Assembly (NCBI RefSeq): GCF_006345805.1
Contig: NC_043017.1
Coordinates: 3,224,001-3,288,000 of the forward strand
From: Octopus sinensis
Taxonomy: Eukaryota
Length of the DNA stretch: 64,000 nucleotides
Reading direction: 5' to 3'
Made by a program: the position numbers and the translations under genes. This document shows, piece by piece, positions 1-12,637 of this stretch; the first letter of the stretch is position 1; each line of letters starts with the position of its first letter. The notes below the pieces were generated by a model. The model was not told the DNA's origin, did not search any database, and saw only the letters and a program-made list of their open reading frames with translations.

Positions 1-124
1 GAGCCTCGTGAAGTTTTAGGTGTTTTCGCTCAATAAACACACACAACGCCCGGTCTGGGAATCGAAAGCGCGATCCTCCGACCGCGAGTCCGCTACCCTA
101 ACCACTGGGCCATTGCGCCTCCAC
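1..124 (-). mobile_element. tRNA-derived SINE, family C, head (cut by window edge)
   Basis: Reverse complement begins GTGGAGGCGCAATGGCCCAGTGGTTAGGG (A box) with a B-box-like TTCGATTCCC; same sequence recurs at 14539-14844, 29128, 41245 and 61073. Confidence 0.9.
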
Positions 125-713
125 TGTAGTTGCTGTTACTGATGTTTGCTTTCTTTTCACTGCTTACAAAGACATCTAAACAATGAGACGTTTGGGAAAT
201 ACTGAATTAATGCTTGAGAAACACGAAAAAATTCTGAAAGACATCAAAGGTCGGGCGACACATGTGCAGCAGATAAAAGAGAGCCGCCAAAAGAACGAAT
301 GACAATAGACCACCAGTAACACGTTACGTTTCATTGTTATAACATTTTTTTTTCCATACTGTCCTGCATAAATTTTTGTGATGATCGTTGCTATTAATAA
401 ATTAAGAACTTGGTTCTGTGTTTTCCTTCATCGATTTGTTAAAAATAGCTTGAAACATCTATAATAGTGAGATAGTAATGATATAATGTAATAAAAATAC
501 AGTAATTATCTAAAAGAAAAAAATACCTCAGTAATTACAAACAAGGACACGGTAATTGAAAGAAAATGTAATATTAAAGAAAAGCGTATAAAACATTTAA
601 AGTATCTCGGATCTTGACCTTTTCACCGACAGATTTAAAAAATAATTTTAAAAAAATAATTTTAACTAAACGCTTTCAAACTTCGTATACTGGTAGAATG
701 TGTCACATAAAAG

Positions 714-975
714 AAGGCGGGGAGCTGGCAGAAACGTTAGCGCGCCGGGCGAAATGCTCGGCGGTATTTCATCTGTCGCTACGTTCTGAGTTCAAATTCC
801 GCCGAGGTCGACTTTGTCTTTCATCCTTTCGGGGTCGATGAATTAAGCACCAGTTACGCACTGGAGTCGATGTAATCGACTTAATTCCATTGTATGTCCT
901 TGTTTGTCCACTCTGCGTTTAACTCCTTGTTGGTAGTAAAGAAATAGGTATTTCGTCTGCCGCTACGTTCTGAGT
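714..975 (+). mobile_element. SINE family B (GAGCTGGCAGAAACGTTAG head)
   Basis: Shares GTTCTGAGTTCAAATTCCGCCGAGGTCGAC with more than ten copies in the window. Confidence 0.85.
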
Positions 976-993
976 ATTCTATGTATATATATA

Positions 994-1299
994 TCTAAGT
1001 TGACCAAAATTGAGAGTATGATAGAAGAAGGCTTGCTCTTCCTTCCGTAGAAGATAAAATTCAAATCGGACCATGTTAACACCAAAGTTATTTACATAAG
1101 AAAGGTGCTTTTTTTCTATGAAAATCCCTATTTTTTACGATTCTTTGACTGCTGTGTCGCCATTTTTCGGTGTATTTCAACCAGAAAAATGTTCACTTAA
1201 AGAGAATAACAAGCTACATAAAGCAAAATTTTTACTTTTCAAAAATTCCAATTCTAAAGGGTCGAAACAAACCCGAGCAACGCCGGGCGATACTGCTAG
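994..1299 (+). mobile_element. Putative non-autonomous Helitron
   Basis: 3' end CCCGAGCAACGCCGGGCGATACTGCTAG|T (hairpin plus CTAG) is identical to that at 31698; 5' end placed tentatively at A|TC 994. Confidence 0.5.
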
Positions 1300-2667
1300 T
1301 TACTACATATTCTGTAGTCGCTCAGGAATCAATGTTTCCACAACAAAGCGAACAAGTAATAATCAATGACCTGGAAAAGAGAAAGGCGAGATCTAAAACT
1401 AGAAATGACATGTGACTGAAGACATTGAGATCAAAGGAGATGGTTACTCGCAACTTCTCTTTGTAGTTCTGAAGGCCATTCAAACATAAACAACGGCGAC
1501 GAAATCTTGCTGGTTTGCACTATGCAAGGTCGTAACGAGATTTAATGTGGTCGGTGTAGTTTTTGAAGCACATGTTTACCAACACCGATATAAGATTCCA
1601 TTGAATCTATACGACATTCAGCAAATACAAAGGTATGAAAACAATATAGGTGGTACCCATTCGATTACGACGATGGGAATTCCAGTTGATTCAATCAACG
1701 AAACAGCCTTGCTCGTACAATTAACATGCAAGTGGAAGAGCAAATCTCAGAATTAAACAGCCGAAATTTGCAATGATGAATCGGTTTCTGACTGAAGAAT
1801 GAAGGCTTTGAATGACCCGTCTGTTTTTTATGTTCGTCCCTTCGTGTATTTCACGTTATTTATATTTATATGTGTAAAGTTTTATTATATATATATATAT
1901 ATAATATATATATATATAAGGCACTGGTCGAACAGAAGCTATAAAAGAAGACACTTACCCAAGGTTCCACGCAGTGGGACTGAACCCGAAACCACAGAAA
2001 ACGGAAATGCATTAGTTTCCATAGTGCTGTGTGATTGTGTTCAAAGTTTACATCAGTCTTCATTGTATAATCTTAGTTAAAAGTGTTCTTTCTACGTCAT
2101 TATCTAGATATGTAACTATTTGCGGGTTCAAATATCTAACCAGATATCAATAATACGGGAATAATCCGATATGAATGCTATCAATATCTTCATAAAATAA
2201 ATGTGCTTCATGTTTTGTTTCTTTTTTATCGTTTTTTCTTTCGAATATTTTCGATGTGCAGAGGAAAAAAACAGAAGTTTGAAAACTAAATTCGCACGTT
2301 TTTATGCACCACCTTATTGTTACAGTCGAGAAAGCGTGATCTCTTCTCCTCTTGCTAGTTTATCACTCGCATCAATCATTAATGTCTCAGCGTGAGTTAT
2401 ACCAAACGGCTAATCTCTCCATCTCTCACATATCACATCGCAGGAAGATGATCGCCCCAAGATACATGACACATGCATTGAGTGAAAAGAGAAAAGAAAC
2501 TGTCGAAATTGCAACAGTTCATACAAAAAGCTAGCAAAAATACGGCTAGAAAAAACTTCGAGCTAAAGGCTTTTGCCACGCGCTAAATTCAAGACACAGT
2601 TCTGTCATAGTTTAAACATGTCCACAACCGAGGTTTTATCCTATGAACTGCTATATCAAACGTGTCT

Positions 2668-2800
2668 TTACGTTCTGAGTTCAAATTCTCGCCGAGGTTG
2701 ACTTTGCCTTTCTTCCTTTCGGGGTAGATTAAATAAGTACCAGTTATGCACTGGGGTTGATGTAATCGACTTACTCTTTCCCCCGAACTTGCTGGCCTTC
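2668..2800 (+). mobile_element. SINE family B fragment
   Basis: Matches the family B core CGTTCTGAGTTCAAATTC...GGGGTTGATGTAATCGAC. Confidence 0.7.
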
Positions 2801-2917
2801 GAAAGCAATATCAAAGCAACTTAATTACTTACTGATTATATTTGTTACCGCTTTCAAAACAGTAATAGTTGTACGGGTGGCTTGCGTTCACATCACTGTT
2901 AAACCATAACCTTGCCG

Positions 2918-2920
<3 letters not shown>

Positions 2921-2978
<58 letters not shown>

Positions 2979-3373
2979 TCTTTTACATGTTTCAGTCATT
3001 TGACTGCGGCCATGGTGGAGCACCGCCTTTAGTCGAGCAAATCGACCCCGGGACTTATTCTTTGTAAGCCTACTACTTATTCTATCGGTCCCTTTTGCCG
3101 AACCGCTAAGTGACGGGGACGTAAACACACCAGCATCGGTTGTCAAGCAATGCTAGGGGTACAAATACAGACACACAAACACATACACATACATACATAT
3201 ACATATATACGACAGGCTTCTTTCAGTTTCCGTCTACCAAATCCACTCACAAGGCATTGGTCGGCCCGGGGCTATAGCAGAAAACACTTGCCCAAGATGC
3301 CACTCAGTGGGACTGAACCCGGAACCATGTGGTTGGTTAGCAAGCTACTTACCACACAGCCACTCCTGCGCCT
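2921..3373 (-). mobile_element. Full-length SINE family A with flanking (CT)n
   Basis: Reverse complement of the AGGCGCAGGAGTGGCTGTGTGGTAAG head through the GAAACAAGTAAAAGAG tail; about 400 bp. Confidence 0.9.
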
Positions 3374-3562
3374 GTTGAGTATATAAACAGTTTGGCTACA
3401 TGCTTCTCTGGAGATTGTCAAATTGATGTGGACGCCTCTGATGCGAACTCAATAAGGTTCGAAAATCGATTAAGGTTCTTCATCATTCTTTTCTTATTCC
3501 AGTCTGCAGAGAAATGGCTTAAATTTGCCCTGTTTATAATTGTACCATATGTTACGTATATA

Positions 3563-3820
3563 TGGAATGGAATGGAAGCACTCCGTCGGTTACGACGACG
3601 AGGGTTCCGGTTGATCCGAATCAACGGAACAGCCTGCTCGTGAAATTAACGTGTAAGTGGCTGAACACTCCACAGACACGTGTACCCTTAACGTAGTTCT
3701 CGGGGATATTCAGCGTGAAACAGAGAGTGACAAGGCCGGCCCTTTGAAATACAGGTACAACAGAAACAGGAAGTAAGAGTGAGAGAAAGTTGTGGTGAAA
3801 GAGTACAGCAGGGTGATCCC
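3563..3820 (-). mobile_element. SINE family C, 3' half
   Basis: Near-identical to 61073-61320 (GGAAGCACTCCGTCGG...GAGTACAGCAGGG). Confidence 0.85.
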
Positions 3821-4313
3821 TACGTATATATACAAACATACATACACACAAACAAGTACACACGCGAGCGCACATATATATGGTCAACGTTTTAAAGCCA
3901 AGCAGACAAAGATCTCACGGCGGAGGTGTTTCTTCTGGTCATTAAATCATTAGACAACAGCTGCTGTTGTGGGTTTTTTCTCTCTCCCCTCTGGCTCTCT
4001 TATTTTATTTCAAGGCCGTCATGCACTGCTCCTTGCACTGAATAACCTTACCCTAATTGACCTGCTTTTTATAATAATAAGTATATATCAGGAAGTTATA
4101 TTTATATGTGTTTAATCGGACTTTGACGCATGAAGGTTCTTTTCCCACGTCCTTCAAAGCTGCCGAACTTCAGACGTCATGAGCGACATCGTAAATTGTA
4201 AACAAGACTGTAAGATGCACCAAGAACTTATATAATGTCGTAAGATTGCCGCCGAGGTTATTAATTACTGTGGTGCCAATATAGCGAGAGTTACCAATAA
4301 ATAATAACTAGCA

Positions 4314-4692
4314 TAGGCGCAGGAGTGGCTGTGTGGTAAGTAGCTTGCTAACCAACCACATGGCATCTTGGGCAAGTGTCTTCTGCTATAGCCCCGGGCC
4401 GACCAATGCCTTGTGAGTGGATTTGGTAGATGGAAACTGAAAGAAGCCTATCGTATATATGTATATATATGTATATGTGTGTGTTTGTGTGTCTGTGTTT
4501 GTCCCCCTAGCATTGCTTGACAACCGATGCTGGTGTGTTTACGTCCCCGTCACTTAGCGGTTCGGCAAAAAAAACCGATAGAATAAGTACTGGGCTTACA
4601 AAGAATAAGTCCCGGGGTCGAGTTGCTCGACTAAAGGCGGTGCTCCAGCATGGCCGCAGTCAAATGACTGAAACAAGTAAAAGAGAAAAGAG
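4314..4692 (+). mobile_element. SINE family A
   Basis: TAGGCGCAGGAGTGGCTGTGTGG head, internal (TA/TG)n, AAGTAAAAGAG tail. Confidence 0.9.
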
Positions 4693-4842
4693 TAAACAGC
4701 AGGAATATCGTAATTTTTTGCACAGAATGCTAAAGTGAGTTCGAACTTTCGCCGTCGAGCTTACTTCCCAAACACATGATTCCGGGTTCAGTTCCACTGC
4801 GTGACATCTTGAGCAAGTGTTTTCTGCTATAGCTTCGAGCCA

Positions 4843-5445
4843 AAGGTGGGCGAGCTGGCAGAATCGTTAGCACGCCGGGCGAAATGCTTAGCGGTATTTC
4901 GTCTGCCGCTATGTTCTGAGTTCAAATTCCGCCGAGGTCGACTTTGCCTTTCATCCTTTCGGGGTCGATAAATTAAGTACCAGTTACGCACTGGGGTCGA
5001 TGTAATCGACTTAATACTTATGTCTGTCCTTGTTTGTCCCCTCTATGTTTAGCCCCTTGTGGGTAATAAAGAAATAGGTATTTCGTCTGCCGCTACGTTC
5101 TGAGTTCAAATTCCGCCGAGGTCGACTTTGCCTTTGATGCTTTCGGGGTCGATAAATTAAGTACCAGTTATGCACTGGGGTCGATGTAATCGACTTAGTC
5201 CGTTTGTCTGTTCTTGTTTGTCCCCTCTATGATTAGCCCCTAGTGGGCAATAAAGAAATAGGAGACGTTAGCAGACAGGGTGAAATGCTTAGCGGTATTT
5301 CGTCTGTCTTTATGTTCTGAGTTCAAATTCCGTCGAGGTCGACTTTGCCTTTCATCCTTCCGGGGTCGATAAATTAAGTACCAGTTGCGTACTTGGATCG
5401 ATCTAATCGACTGTCCCCCTCCCCAAAATTTTGGGGCCTTGTGCC
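4843..5445 (+). mobile_element. SINE family B with internal ~184-bp tandem repeats
   Basis: TATTTCGTCTG recurs at 4895, 5079 and about 5297. Confidence 0.85.
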
Positions 5446-5532
5446 TAGAGTAAAAAAAGAACATACTATAGCCTCGAGCCAACCAAAGCCTTGTGAGTGG
5501 ATTTCACAGGCAGAAACTGAAAGAAGCCCGTC

Positions 5533-5533
<1 letters not shown>

Positions 5534-5607
<74 letters not shown>

Positions 5608-5628
5608 ATATATATATATTATATAATA

Positions 5629-5685
<57 letters not shown>

Positions 5686-5689
5686 ATAT

Positions 5690-5721
<32 letters not shown>

Positions 5722-5737
5722 GCATATATATATATAA
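5534..5737. repeat. (TA)n microsatellite
   Basis: Seen directly. Confidence 0.95.
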
Positions 5738-6240
5738 TCCTAGGTGCGGGGAAACGATGTACTCCGAATCAATCAAAATGTACATACATATAACATATTA
5801 ATCTTTCATCCTTATATATTACTGTATTTTATATCTTATATCTTATATGTAAAGAATGATATGTTATATGTATGTATATTATTGTAATTATCAGTTTAGT
5901 AAATAAATAAATAAGTTAACATAATATAATGTCTAAAAGTTGACGAACCACTTATTGATCCCCTCCATTTTCTTATTTGCTCTATAAATTAATGGTAAAA
6001 TATCTCTTTACCTTCACCCATTTAGTACACTTGGTAATGTAATAGCAATGCAATCAAAATACTTGTGTATTAATAACTGGGTATTCTACCAGCAATATAT
6101 TGGATAGATATTATCCTTTAGTGGGTTGGATTCACAACCTCTAACTTTCTTGGAATATATATACATACATACATACATACATACATACATACATACATAC
6201 ATACATACATACATTATATATATATATATATATATTATAT

Positions 6241-6286
<46 letters not shown>

Positions 6287-6509
6287 TAGTCACAATGAGG
6301 ATATTCCAACCTCTTATTTATCCAAGATGCACAGGTTTGATACAAAAAATTTTGAAAAGATATTTCTTCAATGAATATATTAAATAGAATATCAGAAGAT
6401 GTCAAACCTTTCTATCAAATTATAAAAACAGATTAATTTATTAATTAATCAACATATTCACCAAACACAGTTTCATTTCACATCAAGATTAAAATCACAA
6501 AACATATTT

Positions 6510-7340
6510 ACTTACACCGTTATGCTGATAATTACGTGCATATAACGGTTGCATTCTTTAGTTGCAAAGACTACAAAAACCTACTCGGCCGGTGATCTAG
6601 AGTACATTAACCCAGCAAAGTAGGTCTATAGTACAACAAACAGAAAATGATAAGATATTTTTAGCACCACCGTTTCGGGTCTTTTTATATCAACAGTTTA
6701 AATACTCTTTTACTCTTTTACTTGTTTCAGTCATGTGACTTTGGCCATGCTGGAGCACCGCCTTCAGGCGAGGAAATCGACCCCAGGACTTATTCTTTGT
6801 AAGCCTAGTACTTATTCTAGCGTTCTCTTTTGTCGAACCGCTAACTTACGGGGACGCAAACACACCAGCATCGGTTGTCAAGCGATGTTGGGGCGACAAA
6901 CACAGACACACAAACATACACACATACACATACATATATATATATACATATATACACCGGGCTTCTTTCAGTTTCTGTCTACCAAATTCACTCACAAGGC
7001 TTTGGTCGGCCCGTGGAATAGTAGAAGACACTTGCTCAAGGTGCCACGCAGTGGGACTGAACCCGGAACCAAGCTACTTACCACACAGCCACTCCTACGC
7101 CTATGTAAACTTCTTACAGTTGTTGTACTAAATTAACGTACCCAGCAAAGAGGCACCCGCAGAAGCAGACTCGCGTTCCTCAACACATAAAATTGATGGG
7201 GGCTAACAAGAGCTTTACCTCCCTAGACAACAATGAGCGGCCGGTATTAGTATTACTATTATTACAAAATAAGTACTACCATTTCTGCGGTCTCTCAAGT
7301 TGATTATGACTCTATCCTCGACGTATGTCTATTTTTTAAC
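6510..7340 (+). repeat. Copy 1 of an unclassified ~700-bp unit (interrupted by SINE A)
   Basis: Aligns with the reverse complement of 7497-7900 and with 10085-10578, e.g. GTACCCAGCAAAG.GGCACCCGCAGAAG. Confidence 0.8.
6705..7103 (-). mobile_element. SINE family A
   Basis: Full-length reverse copy. Confidence 0.9.
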
Positions 7341-7496
7341 CTTTTATTCTTTCAGTTATTTGACTGCAGCCATGCTGGAGCAGCGCCTGGAAGGGGTTTT
7401 AGTCGAAAAAAATCGACCCCAGCACCTTCAAAGCGGTGCTCCAGCATGGCTGCAGTCAAGTAATTGAAACAAGTAAAAGATTAAAAACAGAAATAC

Positions 7497-8158
7497 TTCG
7501 AGGATAGAGTCATAATCAACTTGAGAAACTGCAGAAACGGTAGTACTTATTTTGTCGTCATAATAGTCATACTAATACCGGCCACTCATTGTTGTCTAGG
7601 GGGGGTAAAGCTCTTGTTAGCCCCCATCAATTTTATGTGTTGAGGAACGCGAGTCTGCTTCTGCGGGTGCCCCTTTGCTGGGTACGTTAGTTTTGTACAA
7701 CAGCAGTAAGAAGTTTATATTGAAGCTGTTTATATAAAAGACACAAAGCGGTCGCATTAAAAACATCTTGCCATTTACTTTTTGCTGTACCACAGACCTA
7801 CTTTGCAATGTTAACGTGCTTTAGATTACCGACCGAGCAGCCATATTCTTTTGGTAGTCTTTACGACAAGGGAATGCAACCTATATATGCAGGCGATTAT
7901 CAGCGACGAGGTGGTAACCGTACGGGTAATGATGGAACCAGAATAACAAGTGAGGCATACGTCGGGTGTTGATCTGTTTTCATTAAAGCTCAGTGAGTGA
8001 ATTTTGTAAACAGTAACTCTATAAGAGTCCCACGTCTGTGTGTGTGTGTGTGTGTGTGTGTGAGTGTTTTATTGATATTGAGCAGGAGTGTCAAAATGAC
8101 TCAAGGCTCGAAAGTTTCTGCGTTGGCACTTGTCAAACGGTTTGCAGCGACACACGCG

Positions 8159-8200
<42 letters not shown>
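7497..8200 (-). repeat. Copy 2 (inverted) of the ~700-bp unit
   Basis: 7497-7717 is the reverse complement of 7106-7335; 8060-8150 is the reverse complement of 9150-9245. Confidence 0.8.
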
Positions 8201-8212
8201 ACACACACACAC

Positions 8213-8325
8213 CACCGTGATCACCGCGACCGACCATGCTATCAGATGTTGCTACACATCGCTGGTCACAATGCGCTTCACATTGTTTTAGCCTTCAAAT
8301 GACGCCACCCCGCTGGCGCTTTTAT

Positions 8326-8361
<36 letters not shown>

Positions 8362-8480
8362 TGGCCTGCTCGCTTAGCTAGTGGGGTGGCGTCGTACGAA
8401 GGCTAAAACAATGCGAACGCATTGTGACCAGCGATGTGTAGCAACATCTGATGGTCTAGTCAATCATGTGATCACGTGAT
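8213..8480. repeat. Inverted pair of SINE C2 tails around a CA/TA spacer
   Basis: CAGATGTTGCTACACATCGCTGGTCACAATG (about 8242) and its reverse complement (about 8420-8450). Confidence 0.8.
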
Positions 8481-8503
8481 GATATATATTTATTATATAT
8501 ATA

Positions 8504-8535
<32 letters not shown>

Positions 8536-9094
8536 TAATATATTTTTAGTAATAATAGGGAAAATAATTCCAAAACTTAAAGGGAAAAGTTCAATTTAAC
8601 AATTTTATATCAAATTTCACTATATGTAATATATGTATAACACTTAGAGAAAAACCTCTATTAAACAATTCAATAAAGAAAGATGTTATTCACACCATAT
8701 AGGAAACACATACTATAAAAAAAAGCTTATTCTAAAAATCAATAAAGTACAATAAATAGTAAATAGAAGTAAAAAGACTCTATATAAGTTTAGTAGAGTT
8801 AGCGGTTGGAATAACCGTCTAAGGGACAAAAGTATCCGTTATACTACCAGTATAATTACCTATATTAACCCTGGACATACATATGCAAGCATATTATGTT
8901 CATAGGTTACAGGTAAGGACTAAGGTAAACATGAGTTTATCAGGAATCAAATTTGAAGTAAACAGAAAATGGAGAAATATTGATCAACAACAATTGACTA
9001 AAATCGATTATTAAAAAAAAAAAATAAATGAATAAAGAATAAAGAATAACAATTGATGTAAGTCAATTGTTGTTGATCAATATTTTCTGTTTAC

Positions 9095-9243
9095 TTTGTG
9101 TGTGTGTGTGTGCGCGCGCGCGTGTGTGTGTGTGTGTGTGTGTGTGTAGGTATGTTGGTGCAAACAATTTCATAAGTGCCAACGCACGAAATTCTCGGAC
9201 CTTGAGTCACTCTGTTACTTCTGATCAATATTAATAAAATACA

Positions 9244-9316
<73 letters not shown>

Positions 9317-10578
9317 AGGGATCCTAACACACTCATTCACTCACTCACTCAGCATTGTACCTGGGTTATTGTAGAAGATGCCGCGACAAGGGGCTGAACC
9401 CGCAACAACGCTGTTAGATTTAGGGAAAGCATTTGTCTCAATCGAGATCCTTAAACCACAGTCATACCTGGACTCTCATTTCCTTTCACGTTTGGATGTT
9501 CCTTTACATGACTTTGCATAAAATACCCTGCATGAGTGCGCGGAGTGCTGCCTTTGTGTAGGAATATGTTCGCCTTCGCTTTCGTACTATTGTTATGGAA
9601 GAATGACTGGAAAGAAATGAAATAAAAGATATACTCTCTCTCTCTCTCTCTCTTTTACTCTTTTACTTGTTTCAGTCATTTGACTGTGGCCATGCTGGAG
9701 CACCGCCTTTAGTCGAGCAAATCGATCCCAGAACTTATTCTTTGGAAGCCTACTACTTATTCTATTGATCTCTTTTGCCGAACCGCTGCCTTACGGGGAC
9801 GTAAACACACCAACATCAGTTGTCAAGCAATGTTGGGGAAGACAAACACAGACACACAAACATATACACACACAAACACATACACATATACATATATATG
9901 ACGGGCTTCTTTCAGTTTCCGTCTACCAAATCTACTCACAAGGCTTTGGTCGGCCCGTGGCTATAGTAGAAGACACTTGCCCAAGGTGCCACGCAGTGAG
10001 AATGAACCCGGAACCATGTGGTTGGTAAGCAAGCTACTTACCGTACAGTCGCTCCTGGTGAGAAAATAAAAGAAATATTATTGTTGAGAACTAAATGAAA
10101 ACAGATCAACATCCGAAGTATACTTCACTTGTAATTCTGGTTTTATCATTACCTGTACCGCCCCACGCCGTCGTTGATAATTGCATACATATAGGTTGCA
10201 TTCACTAGACGTAAAGACTACCAAGAGCACTTTTGAAGAATATGGTAGCTCGGTCACTGATCTAAAGGACGTTAACCCGGCACAGCAGGGCGATGACACA
10301 GCAAAAAGAATATCGTAAGGTGTTTATAGTGCGACCGTTTTGTGTCTTTTATATCAACAGTTTAAATATAAACTTCTTACAGCTGGTGTACTAGACTAAC
10401 GTACCCAGCAAAGGGGCACCCGCAGAAGTAGTGTTGCGTTCCTGAGCACTTAAAATTGATGGAGGCTAACGAGGGCTTTAACCCCCTAGACAACAATGAG
10501 CGGCCGGTATTAGTATTACTATTATTACAAAATAAATACCACCGTTTCTGCGGTCTCTCAAGTGGATTATGACTCTAT
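9095..10578 (+). repeat. Copy 3 of the ~700-bp unit (interrupted by 9345-10080)
   Basis: Collinear with the reverse complement of copy 2 on both sides of the insertion. Confidence 0.75.
9650..10057 (-). mobile_element. SINE family A
   Basis: Full-length reverse copy with (CT)n at the tail. Confidence 0.9.
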
Positions 10579-10669
10579 CGATTTGCTCGACTAAAGGCGG
10601 TGCTCCAGCAAGGCCACATTCAAATGACTGAAACAAGTAAAAGAGTAAAAAGAGAAAAGAGTATATATA

Positions 10670-10931
10670 TAAAACTACAATGTTTTACATTTTATTTCTA
10701 CTTCCATTCTCTTATTTCCCTCTACATTCCCTATCTCCCACTTTTCCTTAATAATTGCTTATTTCGAACTCAAACATTTACCTCTATTTAACCATATCAC
10801 ATCGTCTCTGATGAAGGGATATCCATAATAGCCCAGAAACAGGTGTAAGTCTATATCTATAACTTTTTTCTTATCAGTGTTCTGAAAACTCCTCACAGCC
10901 TTGGCTTTGTTATCTATTTCCGTCCAATACC
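10670..10931 (+). mobile_element. Penelope-type terminal-repeat-like fragment between (TA)n tracts
   Basis: Contains a hammerhead-like motif; its end CACAGCCTTGG.TTT.TTATCT recurs inverted at 44240-44266. Penelope assignment is inference. Confidence 0.5.
10804..10852 (+). ncRNA. Minimal type I hammerhead ribozyme-like motif (slightly degenerate)
   Basis: GTCT-CTGATGA-A-GGGATAT CCATA ATAGCCC-A-GAAA-CAGGTG-TA-AGTCT. Intact core; helix III is one change from the palindrome ACAGCTGT; helix I has one mismatch. Confidence 0.6.
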
Positions 10932-11393
10932 TATATATAATATGTGTGTGTGTGTGTGTGTGTGTGTGTACATGCTGATACAAGACCCACATTAAACTAT
11001 ACACTCGTATCACTATCGAACCAAGAGTTTAACTACGGTCTGTCCATAGCACTTAGCGTTACCTGCCACTCTTTGAGTCTTATATATATATATATACGAC
11101 AGGCTTCTTTCAGTTTCCGTCTACCAAATCTAATTGCAAGGCTTTGGTCGGCCCGAAGCTATAGCAGAAGACACTTGCCCTTTGCCCTGGGTGCCACGCA
11201 GTAGGACTGAACCTTGAACCATGTGGTCGGAAGCACGCTTCTTACAACACAGCCACGCCTGCGCCTATTGGGGTAACACTATGCGTTTGTTTATTTATTT
11301 TGATTATTTTGACACATTTTATGAAGCTCAACTTCAATGATTTTCTGAAATGCCTTGGTGGAAATAATTCTTGATGCACAAATATTCCGCATT

Positions 11394-11659
11394 TTGAACT
11401 CAGAACGTGACGGCAGACGAAATACCTATTTCTTTACTACCCACAAGGGGCTAAACACAGAGAGGACAAACAAGGACAGACAAACGGATTAAGTCGATTA
11501 TGTCGACCCCAGTGCATAACTGGTACATATTTAATCGATCCCGAAAGGATGAAAGGCAAAGTCGACCTCGGCGGAATTTGAACTCAGAACGTAGCGGCAG
11601 ACGATATACCGCTTATCATTTCGTCCGGCGTGCTAACGATTTTGCCAGCTCGACGCCTT
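11394..11659 (-). mobile_element. SINE family B (also in units 2 and 3)
   Basis: Reverse family B sequence. Confidence 0.85.
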
Positions 11660-12215
11660 GTTGACACTTTGTATTTACTGCTCTGGATGACACCAACATC
11701 AGCAACATCGTCAAACTAAAACACACTCACTTACGCATCACCACCACCACCACCACCGCCGCCGCCGCCGCCGCCATCACTGTCACCACCGCTGCCGCTA
11801 CTACCACCGTCATTACTTCCAAAATCCCACTCACCCACATTTCCTCTCTGCCCACCACCCACTGTCTCTATCACAACTGCAACCGCAGTGACCACAATAA
11901 AATGCTCTGACGACTAAAAACGCTGTCTATTTTAAGACTTTGAACCTGAATGTGAAAGACGTGGAACATTTTAATAAAGACCTTCCTTAACATTGAAACA
12001 TCGCTGCTCTTTCTTTTAAAAAATAAACAATCACTTGATTACAAGTTAATGTGGTTTAGATGGTTTGAATAATCAACGAGAGAGCTTTCTACCTGCGTCG
12101 TTTGTTCAGCTAGAAATAACAGCCAAATCTCTTCCAAAACATCTTAAGAAAGTCTTTTCTTCCTCAGACGTCATAACACACTCTCATAATAATCCCCCTT
12201 GATTACAAGTTACGT

Positions 12216-12619
12216 TACTCTTTTACTTGTTTCAGTCATTTGACTATGGCCATGCTGGAGCACCGCTTTTTAGTCGAGCAAATCGACCCCAGGATTTATT
12301 CTTTGTAAGCCTAGTACTTATTCTATCGGTTTTTTTCGCCGATCCGCTAAGTTACGGGGACGTAAACACACCACCATCGGTTGCCAAGCGATGTTGGGGG
12401 GACAAACACAGACACACAAACATAAACACACACATACACATATATATATACATACACATATACGACGGGCTTCTTTCAGTTTCCGTCTACCAAATCCACT
12501 CACAAGGCGTTGGTCGGCCCGAAGCTATAGTAGAAGACACTTGCTCGAGGTGCCACGCAGTGAGACTGAACCCGGAACCATGTGGTTGGTAAGCAAGCTA
12601 CTTACAACACAGCCACTCC
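12216..12619 (-). mobile_element. SINE family A (also in units 2 and 3)
   Basis: Reverse family A sequence. Confidence 0.9.
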
Positions 12620-12637
12620 GACACTCTTACAATACTA

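Noticed and set aside
4843-5445. CRISPR-like array in the tandem SINE B and 593-bp repeats
   Set aside because: Whole units repeat with no unique spacers, and the context is eukaryotic with no cas genes.
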